Assembly (NCBI RefSeq): GCF_032444005.1
Contig: NC_091282.1
Span: 261,702,001 to 261,766,000 of the forward strand
DNA length: 64,000 bases
Reading direction: 5' to 3'
DNA from: Ranitomeya imitator
Taxonomy: Eukaryota
A program made the position numbers and the translations under genes. Shown here one piece after another: positions 55,524 through 64,000 of the stretch (position 1 is its first letter; each line of letters opens with the position of its first letter). The notes under the pieces were generated by a model that was given only the letters and a program-made list of their open reading frames with translations, did no database searches and was not told the DNA's origin.

Positions 55524-55690
55524 GTATTATTATTATTATTTATTATTCTAGTGCCATTTATTCCATGGTGATTAACATGTGAGGAGGGATATACATAATA
55601 AAAAAGTACAATAATCTTTATCAATACAAGGCACGACTGGTACAGGAGGAGAGAGGACCCTGCCCGCAAGGGCTCACAATATACAAGGGT
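55524..55690 (-). mobile_element. L2-type LINE/SINE 3' tail, minus strand
   Basis: (TAT)n, gtgccatttattccatggtg, and ggtacaggagagaggaccctgcccgcaagggctcacaat, the reverse complement of the motifs at 57770-57937. Confidence 0.8.
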
Positions 55691-55724
55691 ATAGGTTGGA
55701 ATGCCCTCGGTGATGTTGAGAAAA

Positions 55725-57937
55725 TGGCTATCACCCCATATCACTGCTCCCGTTTGCTTCAAAACTTCTGGAGCAGCATGTCCATGCTCAACTTTCCTCC
55801 TACCTCTCATCTAACTCTCTCCTTTACAACCTCCAGTCTGGCTTCAAAGGCCTTGCCTTGTCCTGGATTGCCTCATACCTTTCCAACCACATATTTAGCG
55901 TTTCCCACTCCCGCACTACCTCCTTATCCTGCCCTCTCTCTGTTGGAGTCCCTCAAGGCTCTGTCCTAATGCCCCTACTTTTTTCTATCTATGGCCTAGA
56001 ACAGCTCATAAAGTCCCATGGCTTCCAGTTGCACCTGTATGCGGACAACACTCAGATCTACTTCTCTGGCCCAGATGTCACCTCTCTGCTGTACAGAATC
56101 CCGGAGTGTCTATCAGCCATATCCTCCTTCACCTCTTGCTTCCTAAAACTAAATGTAGTCAAAAACGAACTCATCATCTTTCCCCCATCTCGCGTATCCC
56201 CCCTACCAGATCTATCTATTATGGTAAATGGCATCACGCTCTTTCCTGCACCTGAAATCCGCTGCCTCGGGGTAACTCTCGACTCTGCCCTGTCCTTCAA
56301 ACCATATGTCCAAATTCTTGCCACCTCCTGTCGCCTCCAACTCAAAAATATTGCCAGAATTCGTCCCTTCCTCAGCCCACAATCTACTAAAACTCTTGTG
56401 CATGCCCTCATCATCCCCACCTCGATTACTGCAACACCCTCTTCTGTGGCCTCCCCACTAACTCTCTCCAGTATGTACTCAACTCTGCTGCCTGGCTAAT
56501 CCACCTCTCTCGCTACTCCCCTGTTTCTCCTCTCTGCAAATCCCTCCACAAATCCCTCCACTGGCTCCCTATTACCCAACGAATCCAGTTCAAACTACTA
56601 ACACTGATCTACAAAACTATCCACAACTTGTCCCCTCCCTATATCTCTGAACTAATCTCCCAATATCTTCCCTCACGTAATCTTCGATCCTCCCAAGACT
56701 TCCTACTCTCCTCCACACTTATTTGTTCCTCACACAACCACCTCCAAGATTTCTCCCGAATATCCCCCTTCTTCTGGTATTCCATGCCTCAACACATCTG
56801 ATTATCCAACACCCTCGGATTCTTCAGACGAAACCTGAAAACCCATCTCTTCAGGAAAGCCTATGTTAGGGCTCGAGTTCCCACCTCTGCACAGGGGGAA
56901 TCTCAAGCCATCTCTGCTGCGGTCTCCCATTCTTCTCCAGCTGCAATGGAGCCTGCGCAGTGGAGACTTCGGTCCCAGAGTCTGGCTCAGGCAGATACTC
57001 TGTGTCTGGCTACTGCTGTTCTTCTAGGCGCTGCCATTATAGCTAGTACTGGTCGGTGGCAAGGACTCACTTCAAGGACTAAATCCTGCTTTCTCCCTTC
57101 TGAGCATGCCCAAAGGAAGACCTCTCATTGGAAGCCAGGGGTCACATGTTCCGGTCCTGAAGCAACTCCCATTGGTCCTCTAGAAAGTTCCTGAAGTTGC
57201 TGCAACTATAAAAGGTTTGCATGGCCGCACGGCCATGTGCTAGTATCAATCTTTGTTATGAGCTTTGCGCCCATTTGGCCATGTATGCTTGTGGTCAGGG
57301 CTTGGCTGAAATAAGCCACTAGAATACTGGCACCTCCGGTGAGGAGTTTGTTCGCATGTATTCAGGGCCCGGCTGAAATAAGCCACTAGAATACCGGCAC
57401 CTCTGGTGAGGAATTGTTTGTGTGCTTCTCTGACTGCATGACCACTGACTGCTATCAGCTCAGCAGTTAGCTGTGTACTCCTGTGAGCTTAACAAGACAC
57501 AGTGCTTTTCTATCACGGCAACTCTGTGAAGTAACAGAGCTCGCTTATACAGCCATATAGTGCCATTTTCTAGCAGCAGGTTCTCCTCCTGCACGGTGGA
57601 CACCGGGCTGCGAACGCACCAATAATAACATCTATATTTACTCGTTGCATTCCACCAGCCCTAACAGCCTACAATAACCATTCTGCCGCCTCACCACCAC
57701 CCGAGCTGCCACCTAACCTCGACCAGAGCTGCTGCACCCACGACCTTCTGTCTCTTCCCCATTATCCCGTAGAATGTAAGTCCGCAAGGACAGGGTCTGC
57801 GACCCTCTGTACCAGTCTGTCATTGTAAATTTGTTTGCTGTAAACTATATCTATAACTCTGTACGTAACCCCTTTCTCATGTACAGCACCATGGAATTAA
57901 TGGTGCTATATAAATAATAATAATAATAATAATAAAC
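55725..57937 (+). mobile_element. Decayed L2 LINE (RT to 3' end) with an inserted solo LTR
   Basis: PISLLPFASKLLEQHVH, SWIASYLS, GVPQGSVL, LYADNTQIY, CLGVTLDS, hallmark L2 3' UTR, (TAA)n tail at about 57915-57937; frameshifts and an internal deletion. Confidence 0.92.
56864..57666. mobile_element. Solo LTR inside the L2
   Basis: Inverted termini tgttagggct / agccctaaca; perfect 5-bp TSD GCCTA. Confidence 0.92.
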
Positions 57938-58890
57938 TTTTGTAGCTCCACATGAATGTAATATTTGTGTGTATATTAGGTGAGATTCTTAAATTGGAGA
58001 GTAGACACGGAACAGAACCCATGATGGTAAATTATCTTTTGACAACTTCACAGAAAAAATCCCCAGTGTAAACTAGATAAAAAATACCTTTATTAATTAA
58101 TTAAAACTTATAATAATAAGTGCACTTCACATAAACCATCACCATGACAACAACATAAAATAGAAAAGACCAGGGTGATGCCTAGCCCTGTACTGCACTA
58201 CCTGCACCCTACCTACCAGCGGAGGTTGGCACCCTAAAGACCTGCGCAATTGGCGCCCCCGCTCACCGTCGACTATCCCTTCTACCCCTATTGGGCCCTA
58301 ATAGGACGGGATGAAAATACATACACAGTCATACAAAAGTGCTATAATATGATGGAGAAACAGGGGGAGTCTATATTGCTACCTGCTCTTCCCCTACCTC
58401 TCAGCGGAGGTTGGCACCCTATGATAGTACGTGGCGCCCCCGCTCAACGACGACTGTACACTAAACTGTCCCTTTTTTAGATGTTTCGGGAGATAAACTA
58501 CTGTATGTATAGTAAAGTGCTGTAGTGCTTGTAAACCATGTCTAAACACACTCCACAGGTTTAAATATACTTGTATGGATTCTCTTTATATATATATATA
58601 GCGCTCATTCATAAACCAGGTACTCCAGACAAAGTGAAGTTTGATATACACAAGATGTAAATAATCAGTGTTCATCAAGATAAACCTGATGCACCGATTG
58701 AACACCCAAATACCTAGTCCAAACCCACTAGGCAGAATCCCCAGTCAGGCCACAAACAAAAAAACACAGTCAGTCGGTACCTTTGTTATAGAGAATCCCT
58801 ACATAACAACCATTTGGGTCACCCCAATACCCTACTAATGTATATATATAAACACCATTAGTATATTCTCAAACAAAGCCTCCCTTGTAG

Positions 58891-58935
58891 ACTCGACGCG
58901 TTTCCCCTCACTGTTACATGAGGTTCATCAGGAGT
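58891..58935 (-). ncRNA. Minimal type I hammerhead ribozyme motif of the PLE
   Basis: Minus strand reads ACUC-CUGAUGA-A-CCUCA(UGUAACAG)UGAGG-G-GAAA-CGCG-UC-GAGU: complete core, 4-bp stem I, 5-bp stem II, palindromic ACGCGU stem III, GUC cleavage triplet. Confidence 0.85.
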
Positions 58936-59071
58936 AAAACACGATAATAAGGGGTTACTTAGCTTGTATTAGATGTCAAAACCGAAACCGATACATGGTA
59001 TAGCATCCCAGGGCTCCAGGGCAGATCCCCTCTTGATATGGCGCCTCGAAAGAAGTGCTAAAGTGTATGCG

Positions 59072-59340
59072 CTTTATACCTTGCTTTTAGATTGTGCCAC
59101 CCACCTTGTAGCTCTGCGTACATGCCGGTATAGACTTCCGGTAAACTCTCGGCGTTCCGGATGTGATCACATCACACAAGGGACTCCAGTGTGATGTGCG
59201 CATGCGCAGAAATCTCGCGCACGCGCTGACGCTCAAGCGTTCCACAGATGCGTTCCAGTTGCTGCGCTTGCGTGGTAAAACGTCCCCACAACTGTACCAG
59301 CGTTATACAAAGGCACTATGGAGACTACGCATGCGTCCCC
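59072..59340 (-). promoter_or_regulatory. Candidate internal (pseudo-LTR) Pol II promoter of the PLE
   Basis: CpG-rich patch; perfect NRF1 palindrome TGCGCATGCGCA (59197-59208); second CGCATGCG near 59328-59335; two TTCCGG ETS-like cores at about 59135-59160; TATAAAG on the minus strand at 59072-59078, about 140 nt upstream of the hammerhead. Motif-level evidence only. Confidence 0.45.
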
Positions 59341-59805
59341 CTCAATATGGATCCAGCGATCTGTAGACATATCGAAAGCACTGTGCCGGCGCAACCCACA
59401 TATGTATGGGAAGCGCTAGCACCGCACTACAAACCAAGAGCTGAGGTACCACAACTGACACAGATGTAGAAGGTACCGTGTTACCAATGCTGCAGACATA
59501 GATAATGATAAAAATATGATTAAACCATAACCCATAGAAATAGCCGATAGACTTATTGCAACCATACCTTAATATCACAATTTAGGCTTTTACTACCCAT
59601 ATTTACACTATACATCTCTAAGCGCATATCACTACTAAATCTCATTATAATTCATGTGTCCGGGAATATATTTCCACAACACACAGTTAGATGCAGTATC
59701 TCAAAATTGAGATCAGTGAATATATATTTATACAGGTTTGTCCCATTAGGAACAATACTGCAGGAGAAAAATCAGGTGACCAATATTTTATCAACAGGGA
59801 ATAAT

Positions 59806-62340
59806 TTACAGATAACACCCAAAGTTCATCTGTTCATTGAGTCCCCTAGGGAAAACCGTGTCCAACCTATGGATCCATTTCAACTCCTTCTGTAGAATGG
59901 TCCTATCCCAATTTCCACCCCGAACTGATGGGGCCACAACCTCCACTGCACAGAAAGAAAAGGAACTGAGGTCACCCTGGTGAACATCACGAATATGTCT
60001 AGATACGGGAGTGTCCCTAGCATGCCTGATGTCACCCAGGTGTTCACCTATCCTTCTTCTCAGTTCTCTTTTAGTTTTTCCCACATAGTTCTTTGGGCAG
60101 GCACACTTAAAAAGATATATCAAACCACTCGTTTTGCAATTAGCAAAATGTCTGGTCTCAAAAACTCGACCTGTACTAGCACTGGAGAAATGTTTACCCG
60201 TAGAAATATACCCACAGAAGGAACATCCACCACATCTAAAAGTACCCATCTGTCTTTTGTCAAGCCAAGTACCACTCTTTCTTGGGGGGGTAAAAGTGCT
60301 GTGCACCAATTGATCCCTCAATGACCTCCCCCTTTTATAGGTAATGGTCGGTGTTCCTGGTAAAAATTCATGAATGTCAGTGTCTGCCAACAAGATATCC
60401 CAGTGCCTGCCGATAATATCTCTCACCTCCCGGGAACAGTCATCAAAGTTACCTATGAGTCTTACAATGGAGTCAGATTCTACCTTGCTCTTAGATTGTA
60501 ACAGGCTGCTTCTTGGGATTTTTTCTACATACTTAAATGTATCCCGAAGGATATTATTGGGGTAACCCCTTTCACGGAATCTATTTCTCAGGTTTCTCGT
60601 TTCAACGTAAAAGGATGAGTCCGTGGAGCAATTTCTCCTTGCCCTCATATATTGACCTTTGGGTATTCCCCTTCTGAGCCCATAGGGATGATGACTGCTC
60701 CATCTGAGCAGATTGTTAGTAGAGGTCGGCTTCCTGTATATTGCGGTTTCCAGGCGACCTTCCTTATCCTTACTGATAGTAACATCCAGGAAGTTAATTT
60801 TTTCTTTATCAATCTCAGCTGTAAACCTTAGGCCAATGTCATTCTTATTCAAACCCTCTATGAAGGTGTTGAAAGAAATAGTGTCGCCTGTCCACAAAAT
60901 CAGAACATCATCTATATATCGCCCCCAGAATAGTATCTGGGGGCACCACCAAGATGACCTCCCTTCATCAAAAACCACGGTATCCTCCCACCAGCCCAGG
61001 AGCAAATTGGCATAGGTAGGAGCACATGAGCTACCCATAGCCGTGCCCCTGAGCTGGTGGTAAAATTTGCCGTCAAAAAGAAAATAATTGTGGGTCAACA
61101 TAAAATTTAATAGGCGACCTATGAACCGGTTATGCTCCACAAACTGAATCCCCTTAGTTTTTAGAAAATAATCAACAGCTTGCAAGCCTGCATCATGAGG
61201 GATACTGCTGTATAAGGCTTCCACATCAATAGATGCTAGCCATGTATCCTCCCCAACTGTGATATCCTCTATTTTTAATAAGAGATCAGCAGTGTCTCGT
61301 ATATATGAAGGCAGAGCAATAACAAATTCACGTAAGACTTTATCAATGTAGATGCCACAATTCTGTGAGATTGAGTCATTACCCGAAACTATCGGTCGTC
61401 CCCTCAAAGGTACCAGCCCCTTATGTACCTTTGGCAAGGCATAGAATACAGGTATTGTTGGTGTTTTTTGTACCATAAAGTCCCTTTCGTTCTTTGATAT
61501 TAGCCCCTGTGTCAGAGCCTCATCTAATAAATAGACAAGTTCAGAGTTAAACCTATCAGTAGGATCCTTCCTCAAGAGTCCATATGTTGACTCGTCCTTT
61601 AATATTTTAAGACACATATCTCTATAATTGTCACAGTCCAGGATCACGAGGTTACCCCCCTTATCCGAAGGTTTAAACACCAGCTCCTTCTTTTTTGATA
61701 GAGCATCAAGGGCCCTCCTTTCACATGATGTTAAATTTGACATATTGCTCTTCTTTTTGGCACCTAGTCTCTTGAAATCAGTCAATACCAACTGTGTAAA
61801 TATATCTATACTGGTGTTTATAGACAAGGGGGGCATCCTCGTGCTTCCAGGTTTGAGTTTAGTAAAAGGACCCATGCCCATTGGTCTCATACCTTCCTCC
61901 AACATATCTGTCAGAATTCTTACATCAGATAGTTCAGTTATGTCAATACCCAAACTTAGGCACTCAGCTTGATCATGACTCTTGAAGAATTTTTTCCACT
62001 TTAGTTTGCGAGCAAACAGATTAATATCCTTCACCCACTCAAACTCATCGAACCTATTAGTCGGGACAAAACCTAAACCTTTATCAAGGACTCTCTTTTC
62101 TACATCCGACAAGGTATAAGATGATAAATTAATAATGCTGTTATCATTATTTCCTTTTCTTAGTACCGGGGAGTTCCCAGTCGCTCCCTTAATTGGTAGG
62201 GGAGCCCTCGTCTCTCTAAAAAAGTGGAAGCAGAGGGCACAGTTGAGGACCCAGATGTACCAGAATGACCCGGATAAGGTGGTTGATAGCCCATTCCACC
62301 TCTTGGTGCACCATATCTCTTTTTTGTATTCCTTCCCCAT
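59806..62340 (-). CDS. Penelope-like RT/GIY-YIG endonuclease ORF, uninterrupted (844 aa)
   Basis: IINLSSYTLSDVEKRVLDKGLGFVP, FKPSDKGG, FYALPKVHK, RPIVS, SIDVEALY, GTAMGS, RYIDD, FLDV, IYRKPT, CGGCSFC, GLIY...YVGKT, R..EH, E..WI..L. The true N-terminus may derive from the upstream frame. Confidence 0.96.
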   Translation of the reverse strand: MGKEYKKEIWCTKRWNGLSTTLSGSFWYIWVLNCALCFHFFRETRAPLPIKGATGNSPVLRKGNNDNSIINLSSYTLSDVEKRVLDKGLGFVPTNRFDEFEWVKDINLFARKLKWKKFFKSHDQAECLSLGIDITELSDVRILTDMLEEGMRPMGMGPFTKLKPGSTRMPPLSINTSIDIFTQLVLTDFKRLGAKKKSNMSNLTSCERRALDALSKKKELVFKPSDKGGNLVILDCDNYRDMCLKILKDESTYGLLRKDPTDRFNSELVYLLDEALTQGLISKNERDFMVQKTPTIPVFYALPKVHKGLVPLRGRPIVSGNDSISQNCGIYIDKVLREFVIALPSYIRDTADLLLKIEDITVGEDTWLASIDVEALYSSIPHDAGLQAVDYFLKTKGIQFVEHNRFIGRLLNFMLTHNYFLFDGKFYHQLRGTAMGSSCAPTYANLLLGWWEDTVVFDEGRSSWWCPQILFWGRYIDDVLILWTGDTISFNTFIEGLNKNDIGLRFTAEIDKEKINFLDVTISKDKEGRLETAIYRKPTSTNNLLRWSSHHPYGLRRGIPKGQYMRARRNCSTDSSFYVETRNLRNRFRERGYPNNILRDTFKYVEKIPRSSLLQSKSKVESDSIVRLIGNFDDCSREVRDIIGRHWDILLADTDIHEFLPGTPTITYKRGRSLRDQLVHSTFTPPRKSGTWLDKRQMGTFRCGGCSFCGYISTGKHFSSASTGRVFETRHFANCKTSGLIYLFKCACPKNYVGKTKRELRRRIGEHLGDIRHARDTPVSRHIRDVHQGDLSSFSFCAVEVVAPSVRGGNWDRTILQKELKWIHRLDTVFPRGLNEQMNFGCYL

Positions 62341-62446
62341 CTCTCTCTACGGGGTCTGAAAACTGGACTGGTATTATTACTTCCCAGATACCTAGAGGAC
62401 CCACTTTTTTCACTATCTGATGTCTCAATGTCTGATGATGATACAC
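62160..62446 (-). CDS. C-terminal remnant of an upstream basic, Ser/Arg/Gly-rich ORF of the PLE, overlapping the RT ORF
   Basis: VSSSDIETSDSEKSGSSRYLGSNNTSPVFRPRRERWGRNTKKRYGAPRGGMGYQPPYPG...ASTFLERRGLPYQLRERLGTPRY*; open to the 5' truncation point. The RT ORF is in the -1 frame relative to it. Confidence 0.6.
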
Positions 62447-62886
62447 TCATCTCTCTCTACGGGGTCTGAAAACTGGACTGGTATTATTACTTCCCAGATA
62501 CCTAGAGGACCCACTTTTTTCACTATCTGATGTCTCAATGTCTGATGATGATACACCCATCTCTCTCTACGGGGTCTGAAAACTGGACTGGTATTATTAC
62601 TTCCCAGATACCTAGAGGACCCACTTTTTTCACTATCTGATGTCTCAATGTCTGATGATGATACACGCATCTCTCTCTACGGGGTCTGAAAACTGGACTG
62701 GTATTATTACTTCCCAGATACCTAGAGGACCCACTTTTTTCACTATCTGATGTCTCAATGTCTGATGATGATACACCCATCTCTCTCTACGGGGTCTGAA
62801 AACTGGACTGGTATTATTACTTCCCAGATACCTAGAGGACCCACTTTTTTCACTATCTGATGTCTCAATGTCTGATGATGATACAC
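62338..62886. repeat. Five identical 109-nt units (110-nt period) at the PLE 5' truncation point
   Basis: Units start at 62338, 62448, 62558, 62668 and 62778; joining bases are T (62447), C (62557), G (62667) and C (62777). Confidence 0.98.
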
Positions 62887-62889
62887 ACA

Positions 62890-64000
62890 CTGGGGGCGAT
62901 ATATAGATGATGTTCTGATTTTGTGGACAGGCGACACTATTTCTTTCAACACCTTCATAGAGGGTTTGAATAAGAATGACATTGGCCTAAGGTTTACAGC
63001 TGAGATTGATAAAGAAAAAATTAACTTCCTGGATGTTACTATCAGTAAGGATAAGGAAGGTCGCCTGGAAACCGCAATATACAGGGAGCCGACCTCTACT
63101 AACAATCTGCTCAGATGGAGCAGTCATCATCCCTATGGGCTCAGAAGGGGAATACCCAAAGGTCAATATATGAGGGCAAGGAGAAATTGCTCCACGGACT
63201 CATCCTTTTACGTTGAAACGAGAAACCTGAGAAATAGATTCCGTGAAAGGGGTTACCCCAATAATATCCTTCGGGATACATTTAAGTATGTAGAAAAAAT
63301 CCCAAGAAGCAGCCTGTTACAATCTAAGAGCAAGGTAGAATCTGACTCCATTGTAAGACTCATAGGTAACTTTGATGACTGTTCCCGGGAGGTGAGAGAT
63401 ATTATCGGCAGGCACTGGGATATCTTGTTGGCAGACACTGACATTCATGAATTTTTACCAGGAACACCGACCATTACCTATAAAAGGGGGAGGTCATTGA
63501 GGGATCAATTGGTGCACAGCACTTTTACCCCCCCAAGAAAGAGTGGTACTTGGCTTGACAAAAGACAGATGGGTACTTTTAGATGTGGTGGATGTTCCTT
63601 CTGTGGGTATATTTCTACGGGTAAACATTTCTCCAGTGCTAGTACAGGTCGAGTTTTTGAGACCAGACATTTTGCTAATTGCAAAACGAGTGGTTTGATA
63701 TATCTTTTTAAGTGTGCCTGCCCAAAGAACTATGTGGGAAAAACTAAAAGAGAACTGAGAAGAAGGATAGGTGAACACCTGGGTGACATCAGGCATGCTA
63801 GGGACACTCCCGTATCTAGACATATTCGTGATGTTCACCAGGGTGACCTCAGTTCCTTTTCTTTCTGTGCAGTGGAGGTTGTGGCCCCATCAGTTCGGGG
63901 TGGAAATTGGGATAGGACCATTCTACAGAAGGAGTTGAAATGGATCCATAGGTTGGACACGGTTTTCCCTAGGGGACTCAATGAACAGATGAACTTTGGG
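62890..64000 (+). mobile_element. Inverted copy of the PLE 3' portion (RT motif C to GIY-YIG), running off the window
   Basis: Reverse complement of 59818-60928 (1111 bp); only one substitution noticed (AAG to GAG near 63086). Confidence 0.97.

Larger units (their letters stand above)
58070..62446 (-). mobile_element. Penelope-like element (Neptune-type), 5'-truncated, very young
   Basis: RT plus CxxCxxC linker plus GIY-YIG ORF; hammerhead motif in the 3' region; AATAAA on the minus strand near 58088-58093. The 3' boundary is approximate. Confidence 0.9.

Noticed and set aside
58205-58470. Duplicated hairpin as an HDV-like ribozyme
   Set aside because: An ACC-UCCGCU-GGU P3/L3-like piece exists on the minus strand, but no matching P1, P1.1 and P2 could be assembled by eye. 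Kept only as an unclassified structured motif.
62338-62886. 110-bp tandem array as a CRISPR array or as a retrozyme/hammerhead repeat
   Set aside because: There are no unique spacers and the context is eukaryotic. The plus strand contains CTGATGA and GAAA, but the bases flanking the would-be stem II (T...T) do not pair and I found no stem I/III. The RNA-sense strand lacks the core.

Overview
Vertebrate genomic DNA, most likely an anuran amphibian (inferred from the repeat families and the host exon). The only host coding sequence I can support is one 187-bp internal exon (9407-9593, + strand) of a TMEM132-family gene, closest to TMEM132B exon 4; the rest appears to be its transposon-saturated flanking introns. 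Mobile content: a young 5'-truncated CR1 LINE nested in a hAT non-autonomous element; two full-length IR/DR Tc1 transposons (one with an open DD34E ORF); a decayed hAT transposase interrupted by a full-length Sushi-like chromoviral Ty3/Gypsy element and an adjacent solo LTR; an L2 LINE carrying another solo LTR; a V-SINE; many hAT, Kolobok/T2, Harbinger and piggyBac-type MITEs; and minisatellites. The most interesting object is a very young Neptune-type Penelope-like element at about 58070-64000. It has an intact RT/GIY-YIG ORF, a minimal hammerhead ribozyme in its 3' region, and a U_UUU_UUA slippery heptamer joining an upstream basic ORF to the RT frame. At its truncated 5' end lie five identical 109-nt copies joined by a variable single base, followed by a head-to-head inverted copy. 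These junctions look like a record of reiterative template-jumping cDNA synthesis by a telomerase-related RT. All alignments, counts and folds were done by eye.
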